Assembly (NCBI GenBank): GCA_051294375.1
Contig: CM119269.1
Location: 13,766,767 to 13,830,766 of the forward strand
Direction of reading: 5' to 3'
Length of the DNA: 64,000 bases
Source of the DNA: Paraspadella gotoi
Lineage: Eukaryota; Animalia; Chaetognatha
In this document: one piece after another, positions 1-13,654 of the stretch
Layout: every line of letters starts with the position of its first letter
Position numbering within the stretch: position 1 is the first letter of the stretch
The notes under the pieces: model-generated
Seen by the model: the letters and a program-made list of their open reading frames with translations, nothing else
Databases searched by the model: none
Told to the model about the DNA's origin: nothing
Program-made: the position numbers and the translations under genes

Positions 1-42
1 GTAATAACACTCGGACCACTTTGCGAGTTTCTCTCTCTTCAC
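1..42 (-). CDS. Exon of a probable G-protein alpha-like gene (continues beyond the window start)
   Basis: Acceptor gttttcag at 50-43. The exon reads GT-GAA-GAG... = (C)EERETRKVVRVLL(L), resembling the beta-1 strand before the G-alpha P-loop (KLLLLG). Phase 1 is compatible with the exon at 45605-45503. The P-loop itself is outside the window. Confidence 0.5.
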   Translation of the reverse strand, partial: MKREKLAKWSECYY

Positions 43-1070
43 CTGAAAACCATGATCCAACCTTGTTTTTTTTAATTCGCCCATAAAAAAAAGTCCCACC
101 ATGCGGTTTCAATACTCAATTAAAAAAAACAATTTAAAAAAACTTAAAACTTTTTCCTCGATTAGCAAAGAAAAAAAAAAAACAAAAAAAAAAACTGTTG
201 CTCGGAAAATTAGCAAGGCTTTTATTTTAACGAAAAAAAACCGCTGTTCATGAATCCAGGGAGAAAAAAAAAGGGGTTTAAAAAAAAATAAAGATTAATG
301 AGGACGAAAAGAGGTAAAATATCGAATCGTTTCTATCGCAACACTTTTGCTGATTCGCCGATCAAAAGAAAAAATCGGAGGTTAAATCGAATTCAATTTG
401 TTTTATTTTCGGTTGAAATTAATTGTTAGATAAACAAATCAAACATCTCACGATAAAATATGACTTTTTCAGCTATTGACGGGAGAGAAATTTTTATTTT
501 GACAAACTTCATTGTTCAGTAATACTTGCTCGTCGGAAAGTAAAATGGCCAAAACAAAATTTGTTTTCCGACGAAACAAGAATAATATCTAAAGTTCGGT
601 TATTACGCCCCATGGTTTCGTGAGGATCACATTTAATCTTTCCAGTTTCTATTGTAGTAATAATATGGGCCAGATGCTCTTTTGCTTTGCTAGTTTTTAG
701 TTCGGATTTTTTCCGCTTTAAAACTCGAGTGAGCAGGTAAAAACAGTAAGGACGAACAAAAGAAAAAAAAGAGTCAAACAGATTTTGTTATTATAATCAT
801 ATTTTACTTTAGAACAAGCTAGCCGTTATAATATTAATTTGTCAAAATAAAATTCGATAATTTGACAATTTACGCCTAGATTTATAAAATAAGTCCACTA
901 GCTAGTCAACGTGAATAAATAAAAGGAAAAACTAAAAATACAGAAAACAATTGTAATCAATTTAAGTATATTTGTGCTACAAACAAACAACTAAATTGTA
1001 CTAGATAATGCACATACGAAATGGCAAAAAAAAAGGACGGTAAAATGAAATGAGACAATGGAAGTTGCAC

Positions 1071-1552
1071 TAGGGGTAGCCCCACTCAATGGGGTGAGTC
1101 AAAAATTTAGAGTATTTTGAGTACATGCTCAAACGAAAATTTATAAATTTTTAAGTATACTTTCAATAGACAAAAAAATTCTTATATGGCTCTATGCCCT
1201 AGTAGTTAATTTTTTTAATATTTATTTATAGATAGCAAAGGCCAAACATTTTTGGAGAATTTGTAAAATTTAAGACCAGATTCAGATAGCTCATAAAAAG
1301 TTGNNNNNNNNNNNNNNNNNNNNNNNNNGCTCTACACAAAGTTATACATCTCTTTTTCCTAAATACTTTTTAAAAGTGACAAACAATAAAAAAACCATAT
1401 AATAAAAATCCATGATTTAGTCAGTTTTTTTCTACATTTTCACTTGAAAAACAATGATTTTTAAAAGCTGCTAATTATATTCTTGTTTAACTTTTTATTC
1501 TCTATAGAATCCATCAAATTTTTCTAATATTTAAAAAAAAGTTGCTTTCCCT
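1071..1552. mobile_element. Non-autonomous DNA transposon/MITE copy (TAGGG-terminated family), interrupted by an N gap
   Basis: Begins taggggtagc and ends tttcccta. The internal sequence (tgctcaaacgaaaattt; ccagattcagatagctc..aaaaagttg; tctacacaaagt) recurs inverted at about 54930-55168. Confidence 0.55.
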
Positions 1553-1689
1553 ATACTAGTAATATAATTTACTTAATTATGGCTATACCCTCAGAAGAAA
1601 GCATCTTTTACAAAAAATATTTATACCAGAAACATAATGTCCATGAGAGTCTATTAACGCCCTGCATATACACAATACATTTAAATTTC

Positions 1690-4600
1690 ATCGAGCCTAT
1701 GGCTGTCTACATTGTTTGCCGATCTCTATTGCTCATCTCCAAGCAAACGAGTTCCATCTTCTCCTTGGTGATCCGTCACATTCCACCCAGAAGTACTAGC
1801 CTTCATTCAACAAGAAATCGAGAATTCGGAGACGCTATGTTGGCGGAAGAGCCGCGGCTCCAGCGGAGTCAGGGCGCGACTGGAAGTGGGAAAAGTAGAT
1901 CAATGAGAGGTAAGTTTTTTATTTTTGGGTTGGGCAGAGTGTTAACACTTACCTTCGGTCGAGCAGCGAAAGAGGTTGGTATTTAGCGCAAAGGATTTCG
2001 AATCCTTCCTCGTCACCTTTCTCATCGGATCCGTCTCGTTCGTAATGGGACAAGACGCCTGGGGGGAGATATGAGGGAGTTGAAGGGATTGGCAGAGAGA
2101 AGAGAAGCACGAGAGAGAGCAGAGATGAAGAAGAGAGAGAGACGAGAGGAGAGATGCGAGAGACGATTAGAGAGAGAGAGAGAAATTGTGGAAAGAGAGG
2201 AAGAAAGAAGAAAGAAAGTAGAACTAACCAACCAACCCAACACCAACCAACCAAATTAGCGGAATTGACTTTATCCAACGATTGTCTTCTTCCCTTATCC
2301 TTCTGTCGAATGTTTAATCTCAAATCGTCCTAACAACAAAAGATCATTGTAAAATTCTAATCAATTGTACAAATTTTAACTATTAATCAAATACAATTAA
2401 AGATTTGCCTCTCCTAGGTATGACTTCTTGATAACCCTCACACCGCTACCTAGATAAATCCGTAGTTGCCGATGCCGCGCGAGCCTTTCCACATAATATG
2501 TCTATACTGCCGTTTTCGCCTCACTGGTCGCGTCGCTCCGTCCATAACTCTCCAGACGTCCACGCTCGGCGCTCATTTCGTACGCGAAGATCTCGTCAAA
2601 CGTCATAACAATGGACGAAGTCACACGCGTCCGAGAGTGATATTTCCCTCCGCCTCACGACGTCGAGGTAAGAGCACTGTCAGAAACCAACGAGAAAAAC
2701 GAACTGCGGGCTCGGAGATTTTTAATCAACAAAAAAACACGTGTATGCAAAACATTTGCAATTTCTCTAACGCCTTCTAGGTGGGCGCTACATTCGGAAC
2801 ATTTTCGATTGTGGCGATCATTGTCCTTATCGATAGCGCGATATTTATCAAAGTCAGCCTTCTGCACTTACCTTCTTCTCATCGAATTCTTTTCGTTAGT
2901 TCTATTTTATATTGAACTCGGGACGCAGAACAAGTGCTACGCCTTACTTTTTTATTGCCCGCATACTCGCGCCGCCTATTCACATACTTGGGAATTGATA
3001 TAATAGCCTCTTTCGTGGTATTCCAGTCACACGCTCCATCAATGTGCCCACACGTCTGTCTGCAAATACGATTGAACAGCTCTCATATCTCATTTTTTCG
3101 TCGTCGAATCCAAAGCTGATAGATAGTCTAACTAACCGGTCAAATTTGACGTGTCGCAACTATTACGCTCAGGCGTCCATGAAACATGCACTGATCGACC
3201 CTCTTCATACAGATAATGACACATGCGATTTGACGATCTCTTTCTGAAAATTCCATCACACAGATACTATCGCGCTTTTCTCACGTCTAGACGATACCCC
3301 TTACTTCTTTCACACCCTCGCGTCTGCGGTGCTATACGCACATTCTCCTATCATCGTAAGACGACGCCAGTCCCGACGGCAGGATGCTAGCGATCCAGAT
3401 CGGACGCGGGCCGGACGCCGCGCCTGTAGCTGCGCATCATTCAATCCAGCGATATCCCGCTTCCGTCGAGTCCCGCGACGAGGCGCTTGGCGCGCTCTGC
3501 CATATTGAAGATATTGGACGGATGCTCTTTTGTTCCGCGAGTATACGCCATGCCTGAAGATACATTAATATTAGATAATTTTTTAATTGATTTCATCTAC
3601 TAATTTATTAAATGGTAAAATTGTAACTATTTCGATGTCAATAAATGAACGTACGAAACCTTACCAACTCGGTTGAACTTAAGAAAAAAATTTAATGTAG
3701 TTTTGTCGGGGATTATTCAGTTTAATTTTTGTCTTAACATTTATTCTAGTCGGAATAAAAGAAGAATGCTAGAGAAATACAGTAAAGCAATATATTTTTT
3801 TTAAATATACATTGCATGTGTGGGACCATACGATAGTGGTATGTCTTCTCTTTATCTTAAACAGAGCAGTTGTCTTATTGCTTCAACTAACATAGAGCAT
3901 TATATCAAAGAATGTCAAAACAATTAATATATCGGCAAAAGGCTGAGAAAGCAGTTAATTTGAATCTTTATTCAGATTTTAAAATCCATAATTACCGTTC
4001 GTCGTATGACTTTTTAAATTTTTTCTCTTTATTATCAGTCCCACCCCTGTACACCTTTCATCAGAAAACCTTATATGGCCAATCCAAGACCACCAAACGA
4101 TAGATATTTTAAACAAAATTTATTTTTTTATTATTTTTTTTTAAAAGTCTTAATGACACTTCTGCACATATTATTATTATTATTATTATATTTTTATTAT
4201 TATTAATTATTATCATTATTATTATTATTATTATATTATTCTATTATTATTATCCCGCATCGTAAATATCAGCGCCACCTTCTTGAAACCTCCGTCGGTT
4301 CAACCAACCGGCGTTCATTTTAGCGCCCACGACGCCGAATCATCGACTCTGAGCATGCGTCGTCCGCTGACGCAGACGAATTCGAAGACACTCGCTCGCG
4401 AGAAGGCCGCCCCTCCGGCCATATCGAGAGGCGCGTTCTGTTCCTACGTCGACGCGCCGTACGACGACGCCCCGTGGCGCCGGTGGGGACCTCGACCGAG
4501 CAGCTCGCGACCACACTAGACATCTGAACGTAGATGGGCGATAGTATTACTTTATGTCATATTTCGACTATGATTGTATTTTGACTACTTGATTGATCTG

Positions 4601-5935
4601 AGCTCTACCTTTAGTTTCAGTCCTCTTGTGAATCAATTATTTGATTGATTAGAACTGTATTTGATTGATCTTATTGAATGTTGATTGATGGAATTGCATG
4701 ATCGATTGATCATTCGATTCACATCAACTTTCACTCATTCTTCATTAATATTTCATAGTGGATTATTCTTTTTTTTGGATCGATAGGATGATTTTTCAGG
4801 GATCGATCCGCATAGTTATATAAAATTTATTGCAATTTATTCATCGAAAGATTAATTGTTGCTGATGATCGGATTTCTTATCATCGACTCGTCTTCCAAT
4901 TAATGCAATACATATTCCGTCATTCTGTAGGTTAAATCAGTCATTAAATTTTCAATCATTCTGTTAACCAATCAAATCGTGATCAATCATAAACAAACAA
5001 CTCTCCTCTTCACACTCAACGACGTTCGCTACACGCGCGCTTCTACACCATACTGGGGTGGATTCGCTCCGATTGATTCGTCGCGAAAATCCTACTTGAA
5101 GTATCCTCGTTTCCTTCGGCGACAGTCACTCCCGGAGCCGCCGGCCGTTTATGAGTTCGCAGAGGCAGTCGTCATCGTGGTCAGTTATCTTGGACTCTCT
5201 TCCTTTTTTAAAGAACCAACCAACCAACCAACCAACCAACCAAATAGCGGAATGACTTTTCCAACGATTGTCTCTTCCTCCTCTGTCGAATGTTTAATCC
5301 TCAATCGTCCTAACAACAAAAAAATCATTTGTAAAATTCTAATCAAATTGTACTAAATTTAACTTTAATTCAATACAAAATTAAAGATTTTGGTAGGATA
5401 TTTACCCACGAATAAATCCGTGTTGCCGATGCCGCGCTTTCCATTAAAGGATACGGCGTTTTCCGGCAGGCGTCGCTCGTTCCTAACTCGATCGTCCACG
5501 CGGCGCCATTCGTACGCGAAGTCGTCGTCAAACGTCATAAACTGGAAGCGACGCGTCCGATGAATTTCCCCGCCGCACGACGCGAAAGAGAAGTGAAAAG
5601 ACGAACCTGGCGGAAATTTAAAAAAAAAAAAGGAAAATGACAATTTCAAGGCGTTGGCGACGCATCGAACATTCGATTTGATCATTTGTTTTCGATTAGC
5701 CTCGATTCAAATCCTCATTTACTTTATAATTCTTTTTTTAGTTATTTTTATATGAACGAGGGCAAAAGGGCGGATACTTTTTTATTGCCGATCGCGTGAT
5801 TACAATGGAATGAAAAAGCTTTTCGTGGTATATCACCTATCAATCTGCCACACGTCTGTATGCAAATGAGATTGATGAGCTCAATCTCATTTTCGGTTGA
5901 ATCAAAAGTATAGATTAGATAATAAGTCAAGATTT
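1690..5935 (-). other. Noisy duplicate copies (one long, one partial) of the DM9-SOCS gene; probable assembly artefact
   Basis: About 2040-3460 is essentially identical to about 6300-7720, including shared apparent indel errors, while the flanks differ by read-noise-like indels. 5220-5935 is a third partial copy ending at an N gap. Confidence 0.75.
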
Positions 5936-5998
5936 GAGNNNNNNNNNNAAATTTCATCGGCTATGGCTAGTCGTACATTGTTGCTCGATGCTCTATGC

Positions 5999-8398
5999 TC
6001 ATCCCAGCCAAACGAGTTCCATTTTCTCTTTGGTGTTCGTCGACGATCCATTCCAGAAGTAGCGCTTCATCAAAGAATCGGGAATCGGGAGACGCTTGAT
6101 GTTGGCGGGAAGACCGCGGCTCCAGCGGAGGATCCGGGCGCGACTGGAAGTGGGGAAAAGGTTAGATCAATGTGAGGTAAGTTTTTTATTTTTGGGTTGG
6201 CAGAGTGTAAACTTACCTTTGGTCGAGCAGCGAAAGAGGTTGGTATTTAGCGCAAAGGATTTCGAATCCTTCCTTCACCTTTCTCTCGGATCCGTCTCGT
6301 TCGTAATGGGACAAGACGCCTGGGGGGAGATATGAGGGAGTTGAAGGGATTGGCAGAGAGAAGAGAAGCACGAGAGAGAGCAGAGATGAAGAAGAGAGAG
6401 AGACGAGAGGAGAGATGCGAGAGACGATTAGAGAGAGAGAGAGAAATTGTGGAAAGAGAGGAAGAAAGAAGAAAGAAAGTAGAACTAACCAACCAACCCA
6501 ACACCAACCAACCAAATTAGCGGAATTGACTTTATCCAACGATTGTCTTCTTCCCTTATCCTTCTGTCGAATGTTTAATCTCAAATCGTCCTAACAACAA
6601 AAGATCATTGTAAAATTCTAATCAATTGTACAAATTTTAACTATTAATCAAATACAATTAAAGATTTGCCTCTCCTAGGTATGACTTCTTGATAACCCTC
6701 ACACCGCTACCTAGATAAATCCGTAGTTGCCGATGCCGCGCGAGCCTTTCCACATAATATGTCTATACTGCCGTTTTCGCCTCACTGGTCGCGTCGCTCC
6801 GTCCATAACTCTCCAGACGTCCACGCTCGGCGCTCATTTCGTACGCGAAGATCTCGTCAAACGTCATAACAATGGACGAAGTCACACGCGTCCGAGAGTG
6901 ATATTTCCCTCCGCCTCACGACGTCGAGGTAAGAGCACTGTCAGAAACCAACGAGAAAAACGAACTGCGGGCTCGGAGATTTTTAATCAACAAAAAAACA
7001 CGTGTATGCAAAACATTTGCAATTTCTCTAACGCCTTCTAGGTGGGCGCTACATTCGGAACATTTTCGATTGTGGCGATCATTGTCCTTATCGATAGCGC
7101 GATATTTATCAAAGTCAGCCTTCTGCACTTACCTTCTTCTCATCGAATTCTTTTCGTTAGTTCTATTTTATATTGAACTCGGGACGCAGAACAAGTGCTA
7201 CGCCTTACTTTTTTATTGCCCGCATACTCGCGCCGCCTATTCACATACTTGGGAATTGATATAATAGCCTCTTTCGTGGTATTCCAGTCACACGCTCCAT
7301 CAATGTGCCCACACGTCTGTCTGCAAATACGATTGAACAGCTCTCATATCTCATTTTTTCGTCGTCGAATCCAAAGCTGATAGATAGTCTAACTAACCGG
7401 TCAAATTTGACGTGTCGCAACTATTACGCTCAGGCGTCCATGAAACATGCACTGATCGACCCTCTTCATACAGATAATGACACATGCGATTTGACGATCT
7501 CTTTCTGAAAATTCCATCACACAGATACTATCGCGCTTTTCTCACGTCTAGACGATACCCCTTACTTCTTTCACACCCTCGCGTCTGCGGTGCTATACGC
7601 ACATTCTCCTATCATCGTAAGACGACGCCAGTCCCGACGGCAGGATGCTAGCGATCCAGATCGGACGCGGGCCGGACGCCGCGCCTGTAGCTGCGCATCA
7701 TTCAATCCAGCGATATCCCGCTTCCGTCGAGTCCGCGACGAGGCGCTTGGGCGCGCTCTCCATATTGAAGATATTGAGGATGCTCTTTTGTTCCGCGAAG
7801 TATACGCCATGCCTGAAGATACATATAATATTAGATAATTTTTTAATTGATTATTACTAATTCTATTAAATGTAAAATTGTAATATTTGATGTAATAAAT
7901 GACGTACGAAACCTACCAACTCGGTTGGAACTTAAGAAAAAAATTTAATGTAGTTTTGTCGGTGATTTTAGTTTAATTTTTGTCTTAAAATTTATTCTAG
8001 TTCTGATAAAAGAAATATGTAGAGAAATAAGTAAATGAATATATTTTTTTTAAATATACATGATGGTGGGACCATACGATAGTGGTATGTCTTCTCTTTA
8101 ATTTAACAGAGCAGTTGTCTTTTGCTTCATAAAATAAGCATTATATCAAAGAATTCAAAACAATTAATATATCGGCAAAAGCTGAGAAAGCAGCTTAATT
8201 TGAATCTTTATTCAGATTTTAAAAATAATTACGTTTCGTCGTAGTGACTTTTTAAATTTTTTTCTCGTTTATATAGTCCCACCCCTGTAATTTCTCAAAA
8301 ATTATATGCCAATCCAAGACCACCAAACGATAGATATTTTAAACAAAATTTATTTTTTTAATTTATTTTTTTAAAAGTCTTTATTGAACTTCTGCATA

Positions 8399-8493
<95 letters not shown>

Positions 8494-10164
8494 CCCGATC
8501 GTAATCATCGCCACCTTCTTGAAACCTCCGTGGTCCAACCAACCCGGCGTCGATTTAGCGCCCACCGACGCCGGAATCATCGACTTCAGGATGACGTCGC
8601 CGCTGACGCAGAGAATCTCGAAGCAGCTCGCTTCGCAGAGGCGCCCCTCGCGGCGATAACGGAGGCGGCGTCGTTCGACGTCGACGCCGCCGACGACGAC
8701 GACGTGGGCGCCGGTTGTGGGATCGACGAGGAAAGCGCGACCCACATAGATAATCTGAACGGAGGGCGATTGATTGATTGATTTGATTGATTGATTGATT
8801 GAATTGATTGATTTGATTGATTTATTGACTTGATTGAATAATTGATTTGATTGATTAGATTGATTTGATTGATTTAATTGAATGTTTGATTGATTGATTG
8901 ATTGATCGATTGATCGATTGATTCATACTTTCATTCATTCGTTCATTAATAATTTCATAGTGTGATTGATTCTTTTTTTGATCGAAGGATTGATTGTTTA
9001 GGGATCGATAGATAGTTTATAAATTTATTGCATTATTCATCGAAAGATTAATTCGTTGTATGATCGATCTTATCAATCGACTCGTCTTCAATTAATGCAA
9101 TACATAATTCCGTCATTTCTGTAGGGATTAAATTCAGTCATTAAATTATTCAATCAGTTCTTTAACCAATCAATCGATCAATCAAACAAGGTCGTCCACT
9201 CACGCGTTTCGCCACGGGGTCGAATCCGCCGATGACGGCGAAATCGTTGAAGAGTTCCTCGTTTCCTTCGGCGACGATCCACTGGAGGCCGCGGCGTTTA
9301 TGATTCAGCAAGAGGCAGTAGTCGTCATCGGTGGTCAGTAGAAAATCTTTTGGGGGTAAATGTAAAATGTAAAATGTAAATGTAATGTAAAATCTTTGGG
9401 GCTAAATGTAAATGTAAAATCTTTTGGGGGGGTGGGTGAGGCGAGATGTGAAGTGATTTATCGGCGTTAGGGGGGGGGTACCTTACCCTCGGCACCGTCG
9501 AAGTCCATTTTAAAATCTTTAATTTTCATTGAGGCCGGGGTCATTTGTTCGTTTTCCGATGCGGAACCTGGGATCGATCGAAGAGAGAAATCGAAATATC
9601 ATTTAGAGTCTGGAGGGCTGTTAATAAACGAGAAAATTAAATCTTTCTTGAAAAACATCATTTATCTTTATCTTTTTATCGTCTTAACTGTCAAATTGTT
9701 TCTTTTATTTCAGAAAAAATAAATCATCATTTCGTTGAAGGGACGGAGTCTTTATCCAAAATTAGCAGACAATATTTAACTTGATTATTAAAGGAATGGA
9801 TAATTTTGGTGTCGAGACAGCTTATATATTGCATGAATTAAATTTATTTAAATTGGTTTCATCAATTACAAAAATGAGTGCATTTTTTTACTTTAAGCTT
9901 TCAAGTAAGGAGACCCTTTAAACACCTATACATCGGTAATCTATTCTTACTCGAAATCTTACTCCGTCTCCTCACGGCGCCCGGTTCGTATTGGGCCCGG
10001 CTCGCGTATCCGGGCAACGTCACCAGGACCGCGCCGACCAAGACGACGCTGCCGTCGGCGTCTCGACCGGCGACCACGCCGGAATTGAAGACGTGTTCCG
10101 GCGTCAATCGTTGAGAGGACGAAGGAAGCCAATAGAAGTCCGGAGGGGAGGAGGAAGAGGACAT
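5999..10164 (-). CDS. Multi-exon DM9 (DUF3421-like) repeat protein with C-terminal SOCS box
   Basis: Exons at about 10164-9963, 9567-9487, 9346-9204, 8754-8515, ~7812-7566, ~7375-7133, ~6930-6710, 6319-6217 and 6143-5999. Spliced peptides: WLPSSSQRLTPEHVFNSGVVAGRDADGSVVLVG; FDGAE|DFLLTTDDDYCLLLNHKRRGLQWIVAEGNEELFNDFAVIGGFDPVAKR|IIYVGRAFL...FEILCV; (5.4 kb copy) EWRRVDDRVRNERRLPENAVSFNGKRGIGNTDLFVG; YERDGSERKVKEGFEILCAKYQPLSLLD(R/Q)S|RARILRWSRGLPANIKRLPIPDSLMKRYF. The middle exons carry indels. Confidence 0.75.
8397..8493. repeat. (ATT)n microsatellite
   Basis: About 32 perfect ATT units; the source of the poly-Ile pseudo-ORFs. Confidence 0.95.
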
Positions 10165-10319
10165 CCTGCGGACGACTGGACGGCGCCCTTTGGGATGTGG
10201 AACAAAGTGGCCGATAAATAGGCATAGAGAAAAGATTAAAAATAATACTTTTAATTATAAAACTAATACTAATAATTATACTAATTATACTCCGTAAAAA
10301 TATTCGAGTTTTCTCATTG

Positions 10320-10650
10320 AACAAGTTTGAGCAAACAATGCCGGATCTAAATAATTAATTAATAATTAATCCGGCATTTTTTGTACAAACTTTTTTTCTT
10401 AGGTCTTTTCGTCACTGACCACAACAAAAGCAAAACACGACGATGATGTAGACGACGACGATAACACCGACGATTAATTAATTAATTAATTGACTGATAA
10501 ATTAATTAATTTATAAATTGATTATTTAATTGATCAGATAATTGCTTAATTACTTGATTAATTATTTGATTAATTAATGCAGCTTGAATTTATATTTAGT
10601 ATATAAAAAAAGCATATAATCAATTCTTAAAACAGGTTTTTCGTTTTTTC
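10320..10650 (-). mobile_element. DINE-1/HINE-like Helentron derivative, fragment
   Basis: Family terminus aacaagtttgagcaaacaatgccggatct, followed by (taat)n tracts shared with the copies at 29558, 34401 and 45222. Confidence 0.65.
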
Positions 10651-11254
10651 CGAAGCTAAAGACGGACGCTTATGATCGTGGCTTTGCTCAAACTGGTTTT
10701 TAATTAGCTTCTCCTTCTTGAAAAGCCAGTTTTCTTCTGTGTCTATCTTTATTTCTTTGCATGTTTCTCTCTCCTCCATTTCGTGTCTTTTTCTTTTGAT
10801 TTTTTGCATATTGATGTCTTTTAATAATAATGTCTTTTGATTTTTAGTCGGATCTGCTTATCAACATGCGTATTGCGTAACCCTTTGTCGACTTTTGGAC
10901 CAGAAAGAACCCATTTTTAAAAATATTTTTGGAAAACTTTTTTTAAAAAATATGTTAAAAGCTTTTTCTTGTCATTTTATATCAAATTCAGTATAAATCT
11001 GACAGTATTTTTTCATGGCTTTCTGGTGATATAGTTTTAATCTTTCTAATGCAACCAGATAAAAAGATATTAAAAGTTATACAAAAAAATCGTATTTTTT
11101 GTCTCTATTTTAAAGCTATTAAAAAAAAACAAAAAGGAAAGATTACACAATGTGTTGCGGGTTTTTTCTCATAAAACAAATGCTATACAGGGTTTAAGCA
11201 GTGCAATTATAATTTCATTTAATAATAAAGACGCGATTCCAATTCGACATTAAT

Positions 11255-12250
11255 AAACGGGCGATCCCGGAGTTGAATTCCCTCTGGAGGCTCATGGGAA
11301 AACGAAGAGAAAGAAGAGGAAAAAATAAAGTTCGTTTCTTTACGGAAAAGAAAATTTAAAACCGTAACAACAATGATATTAAAAACGTTTTTAAGCTTAA
11401 CGAGCTAAGGATTTCTTTTTAATTATTTTAAAAAATTAATTATAATATTTTTTTTTCATTGCCTTTGATAGATATTTACAAAATAACAGTTTTATTCATT
11501 TAATAATTCGGATATGTTTTGGTTCTTGTTTTTTGAACCTTCATCAACCAGTTTTAATAGTTTTAATAAATATTTGGATACTAACTTTGAGAGATAGAGA
11601 GAGAGGCAATTATAACCTTGATATCTCTCACTCTCTCCGAATTATTAAATGACCATTGTAATCATAAATAAAAACTTTTACTTTGTAAATGTTATTATTA
11701 TATTTTTTATAAATTTATTAATATTTAAATATTATTTTTTGAAATGTTAAATTATTGTATACTTAAGCCGAAAATTAATTTTAAATTTAACTTTAATTTA
11801 CCTTAACTTACCCCTAACCCAAACTTACCCCTAACCTAAACTGACCTCTACCCCTAACTTACCCTTACTCCTAACTTACCCTAAACCCTAACTTACCCCT
11901 AACCCTAACTTACCCCAAACCCTAACTTACCCCTAACCCTAACTTACCCCTAACTTATTTTTAACCTAAATTTATTTTTCTAGTTAACTTATACTTATTC
12001 TTAATTTATTCTTAACCATAATTTATTGTAACCTTAATTTTTACCCAAATTTATATTGGTTGTACCAAATGTAACAATAATAAAAAATATTTAAAAAAAA
12101 TTATATCTGAATTCCTTTATTTTTTTCCCCGAAACGTTATCCTCTTCCGTTCCATTTCGTTCCTCTTCATTTTTCCGTTAATTCTTTAAGAAAAACCTTG
12201 CTCTTCGTTTTCCCATAGGCCTCCAGAGGGCATTGATCTCGAGGAATGAC
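11255..12250. mobile_element. MITE-like element with internal 17-bp (CTTACCCCTAACCCTAA) telomere-like array
   Basis: Inverted repeats ccctctggaggctcatgggaaaacgaagag (about 11280-11310) and ctcttcgttttcccataggcctccagaggg (about 12200-12230). Array at 11805-11955. The internal part 11530-11840 recurs at 48150-48660. Confidence 0.6.
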
Positions 12251-13654
12251 AATAAACGTATATAAACAAACATAAGAACAAACATGGACAAGCGTGGACA
12301 AACGCTTAAATCTAAAGAGAATTTAATCATTAATTTCACAAAAAATTTCAAATATTCAACAAAAATATTACCTCCTGGTTGCATCATATAATCAAGAAAA
12401 ACCTTAGTTTTTAATAAATTTCAATCTCTTAAATACTACTTTTGACTAATAAGAAACTAGAAATGAGGTTGGGAAAAAAACCAATTGGAAGGCAGGAATT
12501 ATTAAGCTCACGATTTTGATTCTAAATATAGGTTCGTTTCCTCGATTCGAACGGACAGAGTTAAGAGGAAGGGTCATTCAGCATAACTATTCGTAGACTT
12601 TTATGTATCAGTAATAACAAAAAATTCTTTTTTTATTTATTTTATATGTAAACATTTCGTTTCAAATATTTTTTTAAAAATCGGTAGACAACAAAAGTGC
12701 TAAGTTGAATCGGTATGCACATTTTTTAATAAATATTTTTTTGATCTGGTTGTTAAAAAATTGTAGTTGTAGAGTTAAAAGATGGTAAAGGGAAATTTGG
12801 AAGGGGAGAGTAAAATAATTAGTCTTGTTACTCCGTTGGTTTTCTAGTCATGAATAAAATATTTAGTTAAATCGATGGTAAAAAAATTCGAGCTACAATA
12901 AATTTGAAGAGTTTCAGCCTAAATATTTACAAGAATTTCGATTTAAAAATATGTTTAGCAATCTTAAAAACATTTGTTAAAATGTAATAGAGAGAAATTT
13001 GAAAAAAATATTCCAGATAGGAGAAACTTAAAGTCAAAGTCTAAAAACACTTTGATTTCAAGGATGCAGGTTGAAATTTAAAAATGTCTCTCTATTACAT
13101 TTTCCTAATTTACTTATAGAAAATTCACGAAAAATATCAGATGGATTGGCTTTTTCGTTTGACCTGCAACTCTTCAGATAGGTTTCTTTTATTTTATATT
13201 ATAATTTAAACTGATATAAAATGGCCTAGAATACACTAGATGTTTAAAGTGAATACATTTTTGGAATCGCCAGGAGCTCAGATTTTTGATATATTTTGAA
13301 GTTGATTTGAATGACCCTTTGTTTTAAACTCAGATAAAATCATTAAATATCTTTAACACAATGTATAATTTTTAAAAAATGAGTTTTAAATATAGTATCA
13401 TAAATGGTAAGAACATATCTTTGACATTGTAATCTCAGAATTAAGATTTAGGAACACAGTTCCCGACAATATTTAAAAGTTAACTGACTGTACCATTGGA
13501 ACGTTAGTTTTTTCAATTTAGTTTTATCAATTATTATGTATTTGTATATATTTGAGAGAACTCTGTGTCATAAAAAGCGTTTAATTCTGGCTCACNNNNN
13601 NNNNNNNNNNNNNNNNNNNNNNNNNNNNNNNNNNNNNNNNNNNNNNNNNNNNNN

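Noticed and set aside
1690-10164. Real tandem duplication of the DM9-SOCS gene
   Set aside because: The copies share identical indel errors over about 1.4 kb, differ elsewhere by read-like noise and abut N gaps. A gap-filling artefact is more likely; read depth would decide.
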